Part shown: positions 52,652 to 62,033 of the stretch, in pieces
Position numbering within the stretch: the stretch's first letter is position 1
How the letters are laid out: each line of letters begins with the position of its first letter
DNA from: an uncultured Actinomycetes bacterium
Lineage (GTDB): Bacteria > Actinomycetota > Thermoleophilia > Gaiellales > JAICJC01
Direction of reading: 5' to 3'
DNA: 64,000 bases
Assembly: GCA_963732075.1 (NCBI GenBank)
Contig: CAVSYD010000005.1
Coordinates: forward strand, 46,483-110,482
The notes under the pieces: generated by a model
The model's database searches: none
What the model saw: the letters and a program-made list of their open reading frames with translations, nothing else
Told to the model about the DNA's origin: nothing
Program-made: the position numbers and the translations under genes

Positions 52652-53343
52652 CGGCGCACCCGGACCGAGGGGAGAGCGCCGACCTCATCCTTGGACAGCC
52701 GCAGGGTCACGCTATCCGTCTCGACCTTCGCGACCGCGTCCATCGGGATCGTCACGTCGCGGCGGCCCCAGAGGTGTCCATGCTCGAGCACGAGGTGGGT
52801 GAGCGCACCGTCGTCGGTGAGAAACGCCTCCACGTGCCCCAGAAAATGGTCGTCAGCCGAGATCACTTCACTCGAGCGCCGGATCTCGACCTTGCCCTTT
52901 GGGACGCGGTCATAGGTCAGCTCGATGGGCTCGTCATAGCCGCCGCCGGTGACCACGCCGAGCTCCGGCGACTCGTACGGGACCGTGATCACGTCCTGGA
53001 CGCCAATGTCCCAGTCCGGATCGGACTTGGGCATGTCCTCGATCCGGATGGAGGCGGACTCGCGCACCGTCGTGAACCGGCTCGCCTCGTCGGCCGTGCA
53101 GCGAAGCGCGATCTCGCCCTCGCGGTCGCCGTCCGTGGCCATCTCAATCGGCACCAGGCGGGCGAGCCCGTCGTGGTGGTGCGGCTGCACCACCAGGTGG
53201 GTCACGCGCCGCTTCACCGGGTCGATCACGACGTCGGCCAACTCGCCGTACGGGCCGTCCTCGCAGCGAACGGCCCTCCCGGGCTCGAGACGTCCGAGTG
53301 AACTCATGCCGGACATGCTCGCACACATCGGAGCGCCTGCCAT
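52648..53343 (-). CDS. tandem PRC-barrel domain protein; start uncertain
   Basis: VRCEDGPYGELADVVIDPVKRRVTHLVV and VISADDHFLGHVEAFLTDDGALTHLVLEHG are two PRC-barrel-like units. Confidence 0.65.
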   Translation of the reverse strand: MAGAPMCASMSGMSSLGRLEPGRAVRCEDGPYGELADVVIDPVKRRVTHLVVQPHHHDGLARLVPIEMATDGDREGEIALRCTADEASRFTTVRESASIRIEDMPKSDPDWDIGVQDVITVPYESPELGVVTGGGYDEPIELTYDRVPKGKVEIRRSSEVISADDHFLGHVEAFLTDDGALTHLVLEHGHLWGRRDVTIPMDAVAKVETDSVTLRLSKDEVGALPSVRVRR

Positions 53344-53411
53344 CGTCCGGAGGGGATGAATCCCGGCAGAGCCCGGCTCTCACGCCCTGGCGTTGCGGTA
53401 CGTTGCTGTGC

Positions 53412-53759
53412 ATGAGGTTCGAGCACGGGCAGGTCGTCTATCTGCAGATCCCCGCGCTGGACGTGGCGACGTCGGCAGCCTTCTACGGCCAGGTCTTCGG
53501 ATGGCAGGTCGAGCCGCCCCAGTCCGGGTTCGAGGCTCCCGGCATGATCGGGCAGTGGGTGACCGACCGACCCGCGGTGGTCGACTCGGGCCCGCTCCTG
53601 TGGATCAACGTCGACGCCATCGATGCCACCCTCGATTCCGTGCGATCGAGCGGCGGCGAGGTGCTTGCACCGCCGTCGGCCGACGGCCCCCGGTGGCTTG
53701 CGACGATCCGCGATCCCGGGGGCAACGTGATCGGGCTTGCGCAGCACGGGCCGCGCTGA
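53412..53759 (+). CDS. VOC (glyoxalase/bleomycin-resistance) family protein
   Basis: VVYLQIPALDVATSAAFYGQVFGW...WLATIRDPGGNVIGLAQ. Confidence 0.75.
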   Translation: MRFEHGQVVYLQIPALDVATSAAFYGQVFGWQVEPPQSGFEAPGMIGQWVTDRPAVVDSGPLLWINVDAIDATLDSVRSSGGEVLAPPSADGPRWLATIRDPGGNVIGLAQHGPR

Positions 53760-53824
53760 GCGCTGTTACCAAACCGCCATCGCACCGCCGGGGGTCCGAC
53801 CAGAGCCGGCGGTACGGTGGGGGC

Positions 53825-54892
53825 ATGATCCGGGCAGCACTGGGAACGGTCGCCCTCGCCGGCCTGCTTGCGGTCGGCGCGCCGGCGGGCGGCGCGCGGG
53901 CCACGACGCCGACGCTCGCCGAGCTCGTCGGCCAGCGCCTGGTCGTGGCGTTCTCGGGCACCCACGCCGACGCGAACCTGCTCGCCCGGGTGAAGGCCGG
54001 ACAGGTGGGTGGCGTCATCCTGTTCGGGTCGAACGTCGCGACGCCCGCGCAGCTGACCGCGCTTGACCGGTCGCTGCAGGCGGCCGCGCAGGCCGGCGGC
54101 CAGCCGCCGCTGATCATCGCGACCGACCAGGAGGGCGGCGAGGTCAAGCGGATCCCGTGGGCGCCGCCCGGCCGGTCGGCGCAGCAACTCGGAACGCTGC
54201 CATCCTCGCAGTCGACGCGGGCCGGGTCGCGCACGGCGGCGGTACTCAAGGCGGACGGCGTGAACGTCGATCTGGCGCCCGTCGCCGACGTGCCCGCGGG
54301 CCCGCAGGACTTCATCCAGCAGCAGCAGCGGGCCTTCTCGACGAACCGGTTCACGGTCGCAGCCGACGCAGGCGCATTCGCGGGCGGACTCGAGGGCGGC
54401 GGCGTCTGGCCGACGCTCAAACACTTCCCCGGGCTCGGCCTGGCGACGGTGTCGACCGACCAGGCGCTGGTGCGGATCAACGCGCCCGCCGCGAAGCTGC
54501 GGAAGGGCCTCCTGCCGTACACGGTCGGCATACGCCGTGGCCTCGACCCGATCGTGATGCTCTCGACGGCCGTATACCCCGCGCTCGACTGGCGCGCCGC
54601 GGCCTGGTCGCCGCCGATCATCCACGGCCTGCTGCGAGGGACGCTTGGATTCTCGGGAGTCACCATCACCGACTCGCTGGACTCCGCCGCGGCCGACCGC
54701 CACCAATCCCTGAGCGGCGTCGCCCTGCGCAGCGCGCAGGCCGGCTGCGACCTGCTGCTCATCACCGGCTCGGAGGCCGAGAGCCGGGGCGTCTACGCAA
54801 GCCTGCGCAGCGCCGCTGCCTCGGGCGCCCTGCCGATGTCCCAGCTGACGGCGTCGTACAACCGCATCGTGGCGCTCAAGAGCCACCTGTGA
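53825..54892 (+). CDS. secreted glycoside hydrolase family 3 (NagZ-like beta-N-acetylhexosaminidase)
   Basis: Signal peptide MIRAALGTVALAGLLAVGAPAGGARA. IATDQEGGEVKRI, DLAPVADV, KHFPGLG. Confidence 0.8.
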   Translation: MIRAALGTVALAGLLAVGAPAGGARATTPTLAELVGQRLVVAFSGTHADANLLARVKAGQVGGVILFGSNVATPAQLTALDRSLQAAAQAGGQPPLIIATDQEGGEVKRIPWAPPGRSAQQLGTLPSSQSTRAGSRTAAVLKADGVNVDLAPVADVPAGPQDFIQQQQRAFSTNRFTVAADAGAFAGGLEGGGVWPTLKHFPGLGLATVSTDQALVRINAPAAKLRKGLLPYTVGIRRGLDPIVMLSTAVYPALDWRAAAWSPPIIHGLLRGTLGFSGVTITDSLDSAAADRHQSLSGVALRSAQAGCDLLLITGSEAESRGVYASLRSAAASGALPMSQLTASYNRIVALKSHL

Positions 54893-54893
54893 G

Positions 54894-55879
54894 GTGACCG
54901 TCCGGCGTGCACTGCTCCTGGCCGGACTCTGCGTCCTCGGGAGTGGCTGCGCCCCGATGCTGCATTTCACGGCTCAACCGGAGTCCCGTGCCCGGGTCGT
55001 CCCATGGACCGGCCACACCCGGCGATTGCCGCCGCCCCCCTCGCCGTGGGTACGGCAGGGGGCAGCATCCGCCCGGCGCTGCCGGGCGTCCGATTTCGGT
55101 CACGGCTCGGTCTTTATGCAGGGCGCGACGGGAGCGATGATCGGCGGAGTGCGACTGCGCGACACGGCGCATCACGCCTGCACGCTCAAAGGGATCCCCA
55201 CCCTCACCCTGGTCGCGCGCGACGGAGTGGTGATCCCGGCGCGACGCGACCGCGCCGGCCAGGATCTCTTGGGACAGCCCCGCTGGCCCCACTACCCGCA
55301 CGTCTCGCTGCGACCGGGCCAGGGTGCCGTCGTCCTGTTCATGTGGCGCGAATACTGCGGCCGAGCCCGGCTCGGAGCGGTTCGGCTCAAATGGCGGGGA
55401 GGGACGGTGACCGTGCCGTTCACAAACGGCGGAGCGCCGCGGTGCGATCCGCCACCGGCGCGCTCGGCGCTGTCGGTAGGGAGGTTCCAACCCGACCAGA
55501 GCGAGGCGCCGCCACCACGAGCCCAGCTGCCGCTCCGAGTCCACATCGCCGCGCCGCCCACCGGCGGGCCCGGCCGCCGGATCTCCTACAGAGTGACGCT
55601 CACCAACGAGTCTCGTCACACCGTCCACCTGCGGCGGTGCCCCGCCTACTGGCAGGGCCTGAGCACGGACGCGCGGCGGGTGACAGCGGTCCGGCGCGCG
55701 CTCGTCCTCAACTGCGGCTCGACGCCGACGATCGCGCCCGGAGCGCACGTCACCTACGCAATGCAGTGGACAATCCCGATCGGGGCCCGGCTGGACCGAA
55801 CGCGCTTGCCTGGGTGTTCGAGCCCGTCGGCACCGGCGCCACCGGAAAGACCGCGCTTCGAATCATCGGGGCCAGGTGA
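54894..55879 (+). pseudogene. DUF4232-like lipoprotein, one frameshift near 55780
   Basis: Lipobox LLAGLCVLGSGC. CRASDF...GATGAMIGGVRLRDTAHHACTLKGIPTLTLVARDG. The C-terminus continues in another frame as GPAGPNALAWVFEPVGTGATGKTALRIIGAR*. Confidence 0.55.
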
Positions 55880-55979
55880 GCCTTGTTGTCTATTGGGCAG
55901 CGGATCGACTATTGTGTCGAGCGTCACGATCGCGGGTCAACCGAATGCGGTGCGACGTGGCATCAAGGGCGAAGCGCAC

Positions 55980-56228
55980 ATGTCTCACATCCCATCGGCT
56001 CACGTCAGCCCCATGGCTGGGGACGTTCGGTACTGCCCGAAGTGCGGTCAGGCCAACAGCTCTCCGGCTCGGTACTGCGCCACATGCGGGATCTCCATGA
56101 CCGCGACCGCTGCCGACATCGACCGGCCGCGCCGCGATCAGGCCGGAGCCCCGCCACCCGAGGTCAGCGCGACCGGGTTACCGTGGCAGCTCGGCGGGTA
56201 TGTCCGCCGGTTCCTGCCGCGGCGCTAG
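55980..56228 (+). CDS. zinc-ribbon domain protein (82 aa)
   Basis: MSHIPSAHVSPMAGDVRYCPKCGQANSSPARYCATCG. Confidence 0.5.
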   Translation: MSHIPSAHVSPMAGDVRYCPKCGQANSSPARYCATCGISMTATAADIDRPRRDQAGAPPPEVSATGLPWQLGGYVRRFLPRR

Positions 56229-58063
56229 GACTTCCCCCGCGCCTGCTTTGAGCGCTGGCTCGCCCGCGACGACGCCTCCAGGACGGCCTTGCGGATGCGG
56301 ACGTCGGCGGGCGTCACCTCGACGCACTCGCCCTCCTGGATGTACTCGATCGCGCGGTCGAGGCTCATCTTGTGGGGCGGGTTGAGCCTGACCAGGACGT
56401 CCGCGTTGGAGCGCACGTTGGTCATCTGCTTCGCCTTGGTGATGTTGACGTCGAGGTCGCCGCTACGGCTGTTCTCGCCGACGATCATGCCCTCGTAGAC
56501 CTCCTCGCCGGAGTCGACGAAGAGGATGCCGCGCTCCTGCAGGCTCTGGATCGCGTACCCGGTCGCCTGGCCGCGGCGATCGGCGACCAGCGAGCCGTTG
56601 GGCCGCCCCTTGATGTCGCCCGCCCACGGCTGGTAGGACTCGAAGACGTGGTGGAGCTGGCCGGTGCCCCGCGTCTCGGTCTGGAACTCCGACCGGAAGC
56701 CGAGCAGACCGCGCGCGGGCACGAGGTGCTCGAGCCGCACCCATCCGGTGCCGTGGTTGGTCATGCTCTCCATGCGGCCCCTGCGCAGCGCGAGCGCCTG
56801 GATGACCACGCCGGAGTACTCCTCGGGCACGTCGATCGACACCCGCTCGACCGGCTCTTGCAGCTTGCCGGCGACGGTGCGGGTGACGACCTGCGGTTTC
56901 CCGATCGTCAGCTCGAACCCCTCGCGGCGCATCATCTCGGCCAGCACCGCGAACTGCATCTCGCCGCGGCCCTGCACCTCCCACGTATCGGGCCGGTCGG
57001 TGTCGAGCACGCGCAGGCCGACGTTGCCGAGCAGCTCGCGTTCGAGCCGGTCCTGGATCATCCGCGCGGTCAGCTTCGTGCCGCTCTGCCCGGCCAGAGG
57101 GCCGGTGTTCGTCGCGACGGTCACCGAGAGGCTGGGCTCGTCGATCACGATCAGCGGCAGCACCTGCGGATCGTCCGGGTCGGCGATCGTCTCGCCGATC
57201 ATCACCTCGGCGAGGCCCGCGACCGCGATGATCTCGCCCGGCCCGACCCGCTCGGCCGGCACCCGGTCGAGGCCCTCCGCGACGAGCAGCTCGGTCAGCT
57301 TGGTGCGGGTGATGGTCCCGTCCTGGCGGCACCAGGCGACGGTCGCCCCGCGCGTGATCTCGCCGTGGCGGACGCGGCAGAGCGCCAGCCGGCCGAGATA
57401 CGGCGAGGCGTCGAGATTGGCCACCTGCGCCTGGAAGGGATGCGCCGGGTCGAAGGTGGGCGCCGGGATGCTCGAGACGATCAGGTCGAACAGCGGCTTG
57501 ATGGTCTCGCCGGGCACGGCCGGGTCGAGGGTCGCGGTGCCGGCGCGCGCGTTCGTGTAGACGACGGGGAAGTCGATCTGGGACTCGTCGGCGTCCTCGT
57601 CGAAGAACAGCTCATAGACCTCATTGACGACCTCCGCGATGCGGGCGTCGGGACGGTCGATCTTGTTCACGACCAGGATCACGGGCAGCCTGGCCGCAAG
57701 TGCCTTTCGCAGTACGAACCGGGTCTGGGGCAGTGGCCCCTCGGACGCGTCCACGAGCAGAAGCACGCCGTCGACCATCGCCAGGCCGCGCTCGACCTCA
57801 CCGCCGAAGTCGGCGTGCCCGGGCGTATCGATGATGTTGATCTTCACGCCGCCGTAGCGGATGGCGGTGTTCTTTGCCAGGATCGTGATGCCGCGCTCGC
57901 GCTCGAGCCCGGCGTCCATCACCCGGTCGATCCGCTCCTCGTGCTCCGCGAAGGTCCCCGACTGCCGCAGCAGGGCGTCCACCAGCGTCGTCTTGCCATG
58001 GTCGACGTGGGCGATGATCGCGACGTTGCGGATGTCAGCGCGGATTTGCGGCTGCTCGGTCAT
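56225..58063 (-). CDS. typA: translational GTPase TypA/BipA
   Basis: ATG at 58063. IRNVAIIAHVDHGKTTLVDALLRQSG, DTPGHADFGGEVER, NKIDRPDAR and the full-length EF-G-like layout. Confidence 0.9.
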   Translation of the reverse strand: MTEQPQIRADIRNVAIIAHVDHGKTTLVDALLRQSGTFAEHEERIDRVMDAGLERERGITILAKNTAIRYGGVKINIIDTPGHADFGGEVERGLAMVDGVLLLVDASEGPLPQTRFVLRKALAARLPVILVVNKIDRPDARIAEVVNEVYELFFDEDADESQIDFPVVYTNARAGTATLDPAVPGETIKPLFDLIVSSIPAPTFDPAHPFQAQVANLDASPYLGRLALCRVRHGEITRGATVAWCRQDGTITRTKLTELLVAEGLDRVPAERVGPGEIIAVAGLAEVMIGETIADPDDPQVLPLIVIDEPSLSVTVATNTGPLAGQSGTKLTARMIQDRLERELLGNVGLRVLDTDRPDTWEVQGRGEMQFAVLAEMMRREGFELTIGKPQVVTRTVAGKLQEPVERVSIDVPEEYSGVVIQALALRRGRMESMTNHGTGWVRLEHLVPARGLLGFRSEFQTETRGTGQLHHVFESYQPWAGDIKGRPNGSLVADRRGQATGYAIQSLQERGILFVDSGEEVYEGMIVGENSRSGDLDVNITKAKQMTNVRSNADVLVRLNPPHKMSLDRAIEYIQEGECVEVTPADVRIRKAVLEASSRASQRSKQARGKS

Positions 58064-58103
58064 GTCGACTGAGGGTAGCCTCCGCGCCCTTTGGGCCCCG
58101 TGG

Positions 58104-58952
58104 CTACTCCGCGTTTTCTTCCCGGTGCTCTTCCCGCTTCTTTCGGACCTCGGTGAAGAGCGCTCCCTGAGCCGCGGCCGAGCCGGCCTCGCCGCCTCCG
58201 GGTCCGCGTAGGACGAACGCGAAGGCGACCGCCAGCGCCGCACCTACGAGCGGTCCCGCGACATACACCCAGTAGCTCGAGAAGTTGCCGCCGATCAGAT
58301 CCGGCCCGAACGTGCGCGCCGGGTTCATCGACGCGCCCGAGATCGGGCTGCCCCAGAGCCCCGCCAGGATGATGTAGGCACCCACGCCGAGCGCGCCGAT
58401 CACCCCCAGGTTCTGCGCTCCCGAGGCCGTCCCCAGGATCACGCTCACAAGGCCTAACGTGAGCACCGCCTCCATCAGGAACGCCTCGGTCGAGGTGAAC
58501 CCGGGCGCCGGGTAGTTCGAGCCGTATTTCGCCGAGGCGTTGATCACGCTCTGCGCGAACCACGCCGCCAGCGCCGCCCCGACCAACTGGGCCACGATGT
58601 AGCCGGGCACGCGCCGCCAGGGAAAGTCGCCGCGCAGCGAGAACGCGACGCTGACCGCCGGGTTCAGGTGGGCGCCCGACACCTTGCCCATGAACAGGAT
58701 GATTCCGAGCACCATCAGCCCCGGCGCGGTGACCGCGGCGGTGCGGCTGATCGTGTTGGGGAAGGCGTGGCTCATCACGCCACCGCCACACGCCACCAGC
58801 ACCAGGAAGAACGTCCCCAGGACCTCCGAGAACAGCCGCCGCCACTCCTGCGTCGGATCCTTGAAGTCCTCCATCGGCGTCATGACGTCCTTCTCGAACA
58901 CCGCCTCCATCCGCTCGCGGACACGCAGCTCACTCGGTTGTTCTTGGCTCAC
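58104..58952 (-). CDS. MIP-family aquaporin / glycerol facilitator
   Basis: Two NPA boxes (GAHLNPAVS, GASMNPART). GTG at 58952 is preceded by GAAGGG. An alternative ATG lies at 58910. Confidence 0.85.
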   Translation of the reverse strand: MSQEQPSELRVRERMEAVFEKDVMTPMEDFKDPTQEWRRLFSEVLGTFFLVLVACGGGVMSHAFPNTISRTAAVTAPGLMVLGIILFMGKVSGAHLNPAVSVAFSLRGDFPWRRVPGYIVAQLVGAALAAWFAQSVINASAKYGSNYPAPGFTSTEAFLMEAVLTLGLVSVILGTASGAQNLGVIGALGVGAYIILAGLWGSPISGASMNPARTFGPDLIGGNFSSYWVYVAGPLVGAALAVAFAFVLRGPGGGEAGSAAAQGALFTEVRKKREEHREENAE

Positions 58953-59044
58953 GGCAGGCACCCTTCGTTCGCGGTCACGCGACAAAGGAGCAAGGATGGC
59001 CCCGGCGCGAGCCGTGCGGTTCATCCCGTGAGGATGATCCGGGC

Positions 59045-59371
59045 CTAACGCCGGCCGCGCGTGGCCGCGCGAGCGAACCGGAAGGCGATCGACATCGCCC
59101 ACGCCGCGGCGGTGAAAAGGTCGCGCCAGAAGACGACCGCCGCCTTCGTCTTTCCGGAGGCGCGTTTCGTCGACTTCACCGCGGTCCCGACCTCGGACGA
59201 CGCCGAGGCCAGCTTGCCGACTCCCGGGGCGTCGCGCAGTAGCTCCGTGAAGAGCTTCGCGATCTCACGGAGATCGTCGAGACCGACCGGCGCGGCCCGC
59301 TTGCCGCCCGCGCTCGGCCCCGTCCAGCCCGCGTCGTCGTCGTCTCGGTGTGCGCTGCTCACGTGACCCAA
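59045..59371 (-). CDS. hypothetical protein (108 aa)
   Basis: ORF track. Mixed charged N-terminus and hydrophobic C-terminal segment. No family recognised. Confidence 0.4.
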   Translation of the reverse strand: MGHVSSAHRDDDDAGWTGPSAGGKRAAPVGLDDLREIAKLFTELLRDAPGVGKLASASSEVGTAVKSTKRASGKTKAAVVFWRDLFTAAAWAMSIAFRFARAATRGRR

Positions 59372-59476
59372 TCCTATCCACGATCACCCATCTGGGATGA
59401 GGAACCCGGCGACCGCGTGAGCGAAGGTGGTACGGTCGAAGGTGATCCCGGCCAAAGCCGGGTGTGAGGAGGACAC

Positions 59477-60967
59477 ATGACGACGATCGAAAGCAAGGCC
59501 ACCCCGGCCAAGGCCACGCCGGCAAAGCCGGCCCGCAAGCGTGCCCCTGCGGCAACTCGCAAGCGCGCCGACGTCACCCATCCGACGCTCGCCGAGCGGG
59601 TGGAGCGGGGCAAGGTGGCCCGGGCAGAGACACCTCGATCGAGTCACGGCGACTTTGCACCCGCATCCGACCGGGTCGATCCGATCGACTATCTGGTCCG
59701 CCAGGGCGAGTCGCGCGTCCAGGAGCTCCTGCCGATCCGGTACGGGCGGATGCTCGTCTCGCCGTTCACGTTCTACCGCGGCGCGGCGCTGATCATGGCG
59801 GCCGACCTCGCCACGACGCCAAGCTCCGGCCTGCGCGTCCAGCTCTGCGGCGACGCGCATCTGTCCAACTTCGGGGTCTTCGCCTCGCCCGAGCGCCGGC
59901 TGGTGTTCGACATCAACGACTTCGACGAGACCCTCCCGGGGCCATGGGAGTGGGACGTGAAGCGGCTGACGGCCAGCTTCACCGTCGCGGGGCGCGAGAA
60001 CGGGTACAAGCCCAAGCAGCGTGAGGGGATCGTGCTCGCCGCGGTCGCCGAGTACCGCCAGGCGATGGCCCGGTTCGCAGGCATGCAGAACCTCGACGTG
60101 TGGTACGCCCGGATGGAGGTCGACGAGCGGATGGCGGAGCTGCGCTCGCTGGCCGCCAAGAAGCTGGTGAAACGAGCGGAGCGCACCCTCGACAAGGCAC
60201 GCACGCGCGACAGCATGCAGGTGTTCGCGAAGCTCACCCGCGACGTCGACGGCGAGCCCAGGATCATCTCCGACCCGCCCCTCATCGAGCCGGTCTCCGA
60301 TCTCGCCGTGGGGGTCAAGGGCAAGCAGCTGCTTGCCGGCCTGCACTCCATCCTGAACAGCTACCGATCGACGCTCCAGCACGACCGCCGCATGCTCCTC
60401 GAGGAGTTCCGGCTGGTGGACGTGGCCCGCAAGGTCGTCGGTGTGGGGAGCGTCGGCACCCGCGCGTACATCGCGCTCATGCTCGGCCGCACGAACGAGG
60501 ATCCGCTCTTCCTCCAGCTCAAGGAGGCGCAGTCGTCGGTGCTCGAGGACTTCGTCGGCAAGAGCGACGTCCACAACTGCGGCGAGCGGGTGGTGAACGG
60601 CCAGCACCTCATGCAGGCCTCGAGCGACATCTTCCTCGGCTGGACGCATGTCGCCAGCGGGCTCGACGGCAAGGAGCGCGACTTCTACGGCCGCCAGCTC
60701 AAGGACTGGAAGGGGTCGGCCGAGGTCGAGCAGATGGTCCCGGAGGCGATGGTGCTCTACGCACGCATGTGCGCATGGACGCTCGCACGGGCGCATGCCC
60801 GCTCCGGCGATCGCGTCGCAATCGCCACGTATCTGGGTGGCAGCGACAGCTTCGACAAGGCCATCGCGAGGTTCTCCGAGGCGTACGCCGACCAGAACGA
60901 GCGCGACTACCAGGCCCTGGTGGACGCGGTCGCGAGCGGAAGGCTCCAGGCGAGGACCGGCCTCTGA
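59477..60967 (+). CDS. DUF2252 domain-containing protein
   Basis: LLPIRYGRMLVSPFTFYRGAALIMAADLA...CGDAHLSNFGVFASPERRLVFDINDFDETLPGPWEWDVKRL matches the DUF2252 conserved core (from memory). Shine-Dalgarno GAGGAGGA. Confidence 0.8.
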   Translation: MTTIESKATPAKATPAKPARKRAPAATRKRADVTHPTLAERVERGKVARAETPRSSHGDFAPASDRVDPIDYLVRQGESRVQELLPIRYGRMLVSPFTFYRGAALIMAADLATTPSSGLRVQLCGDAHLSNFGVFASPERRLVFDINDFDETLPGPWEWDVKRLTASFTVAGRENGYKPKQREGIVLAAVAEYRQAMARFAGMQNLDVWYARMEVDERMAELRSLAAKKLVKRAERTLDKARTRDSMQVFAKLTRDVDGEPRIISDPPLIEPVSDLAVGVKGKQLLAGLHSILNSYRSTLQHDRRMLLEEFRLVDVARKVVGVGSVGTRAYIALMLGRTNEDPLFLQLKEAQSSVLEDFVGKSDVHNCGERVVNGQHLMQASSDIFLGWTHVASGLDGKERDFYGRQLKDWKGSAEVEQMVPEAMVLYARMCAWTLARAHARSGDRVAIATYLGGSDSFDKAIARFSEAYADQNERDYQALVDAVASGRLQARTGL

Positions 60968-60980
60968 GCTCTCGGCCGGG

Positions 60981-61337
60981 CTAGTGGTTGGGATCCTCGA
61001 GCGCGGCGTCCACGTCGTAGCCGACCGCGAGCCCGACCTTGTGAGCGGCTGACACAGCGCGATCGCCGCCCACGACCGGGATCACGGCGACGAGGATGCC
61101 GACGAGCTCCTCGGCCGTGACCCCGGCCGACAGGGCGAACTCGGCAACATGCATATACGAGGACGGCGGGGCGTCGAGCGCGATGAGGGCGCCGAAGCGC
61201 GCGAGTGCCGCCTGCTCGCAGGTGAGTTGGGAAACGAGGACGTTCTCGGACTCATCCGGCCCGACAAGCTCGAAGAACATGTCGTCGCGGACGGCCAGCA
61301 TCCTGAGGATGCGGCAATAGTCCATGGCCCCATTCAA
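60981..61337 (-). CDS. carboxymuconolactone decarboxylase (AhpD-like) family protein
   Basis: ALIALDAPPSSYMHVAEFALSAGVTAEELVGILVAVIPVVGGDRAVSAA. The start could be the ATG at 61325. Confidence 0.6.
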   Translation of the reverse strand: MNGAMDYCRILRMLAVRDDMFFELVGPDESENVLVSQLTCEQAALARFGALIALDAPPSSYMHVAEFALSAGVTAEELVGILVAVIPVVGGDRAVSAAHKVGLAVGYDVDAALEDPNH

Positions 61338-61449
61338 GCGCCCGCACAGAGAGGGGCGTCATCCCGTGCGCATGAAATGGGTTGACGGATTGCCGCGCGC
61401 ACCGGCCGCACCGGGACCGCCGCCCCGCGCGGCCGGTGCGCGCGTGAAA

Positions 61450-61833
61450 TCAGCTCGCGAGCGCGTTCGCCTTGAGCTTGTTGAACTCGTCCTGGTTGAT
61501 CGCGCCGGAGTCGAGCAGTTCCTTCGCCTTGGCGATCTCGGAAGCGGATCCACCGGAGACGGTCCGTGCGCCGGTGTCGTACGCCGTCGCGACGGCGGCG
61601 ACCTGACGGGCCTGCCGCTCGGCCATCCCCTCGGAGTTCGAGACCATGTAGATGAGCAGCGTGATCAGCGGGAGGATCAGCAGCAGGATGAGCCACAGGG
61701 CTTTCTTGGCCCCCGACTCGTCGTGCCGGCGAAAGACATCCACGATGACCTGGAACAGCATCATGAAGTAGACGACCATGAAGAAGATCACGAGCAACGA
61801 CCACAGGAATTCGCCCAGAGACAGAATCGCCAT
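61450..61833 (-). CDS. PLD-nuclease-N-terminal-type membrane domain plus SHOCT domain protein
   Basis: LWSLLVIFFMVVYFMMLFQVIVDVF...KALWLILLLILPLITLLIYMV, then EIAKAKELLDSGAINQDEFNKLKANAL (SHOCT). Confidence 0.75.
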   Translation of the reverse strand: MAILSLGEFLWSLLVIFFMVVYFMMLFQVIVDVFRRHDESGAKKALWLILLLILPLITLLIYMVSNSEGMAERQARQVAAVATAYDTGARTVSGGSASEIAKAKELLDSGAINQDEFNKLKANALAS

Positions 61834-62033
61834 AGGTAGCTCCTTTCGTAGTGGGACGGGACGCGACCATCCTATCCTGCGGCCAGGACCGCCACCGGCC
61901 GGGACCCGCGACCGGGCACCGGTTCACCCCATCGGGGTGAGCAGCGCGGTATCCGCGCCGCTGTAGGGTCGACCCTGCGTTTTGGCACCCTCGAGCCCGT
62001 TGCAGCACCCGGAGAACCGCGGAGGTACGGCAC

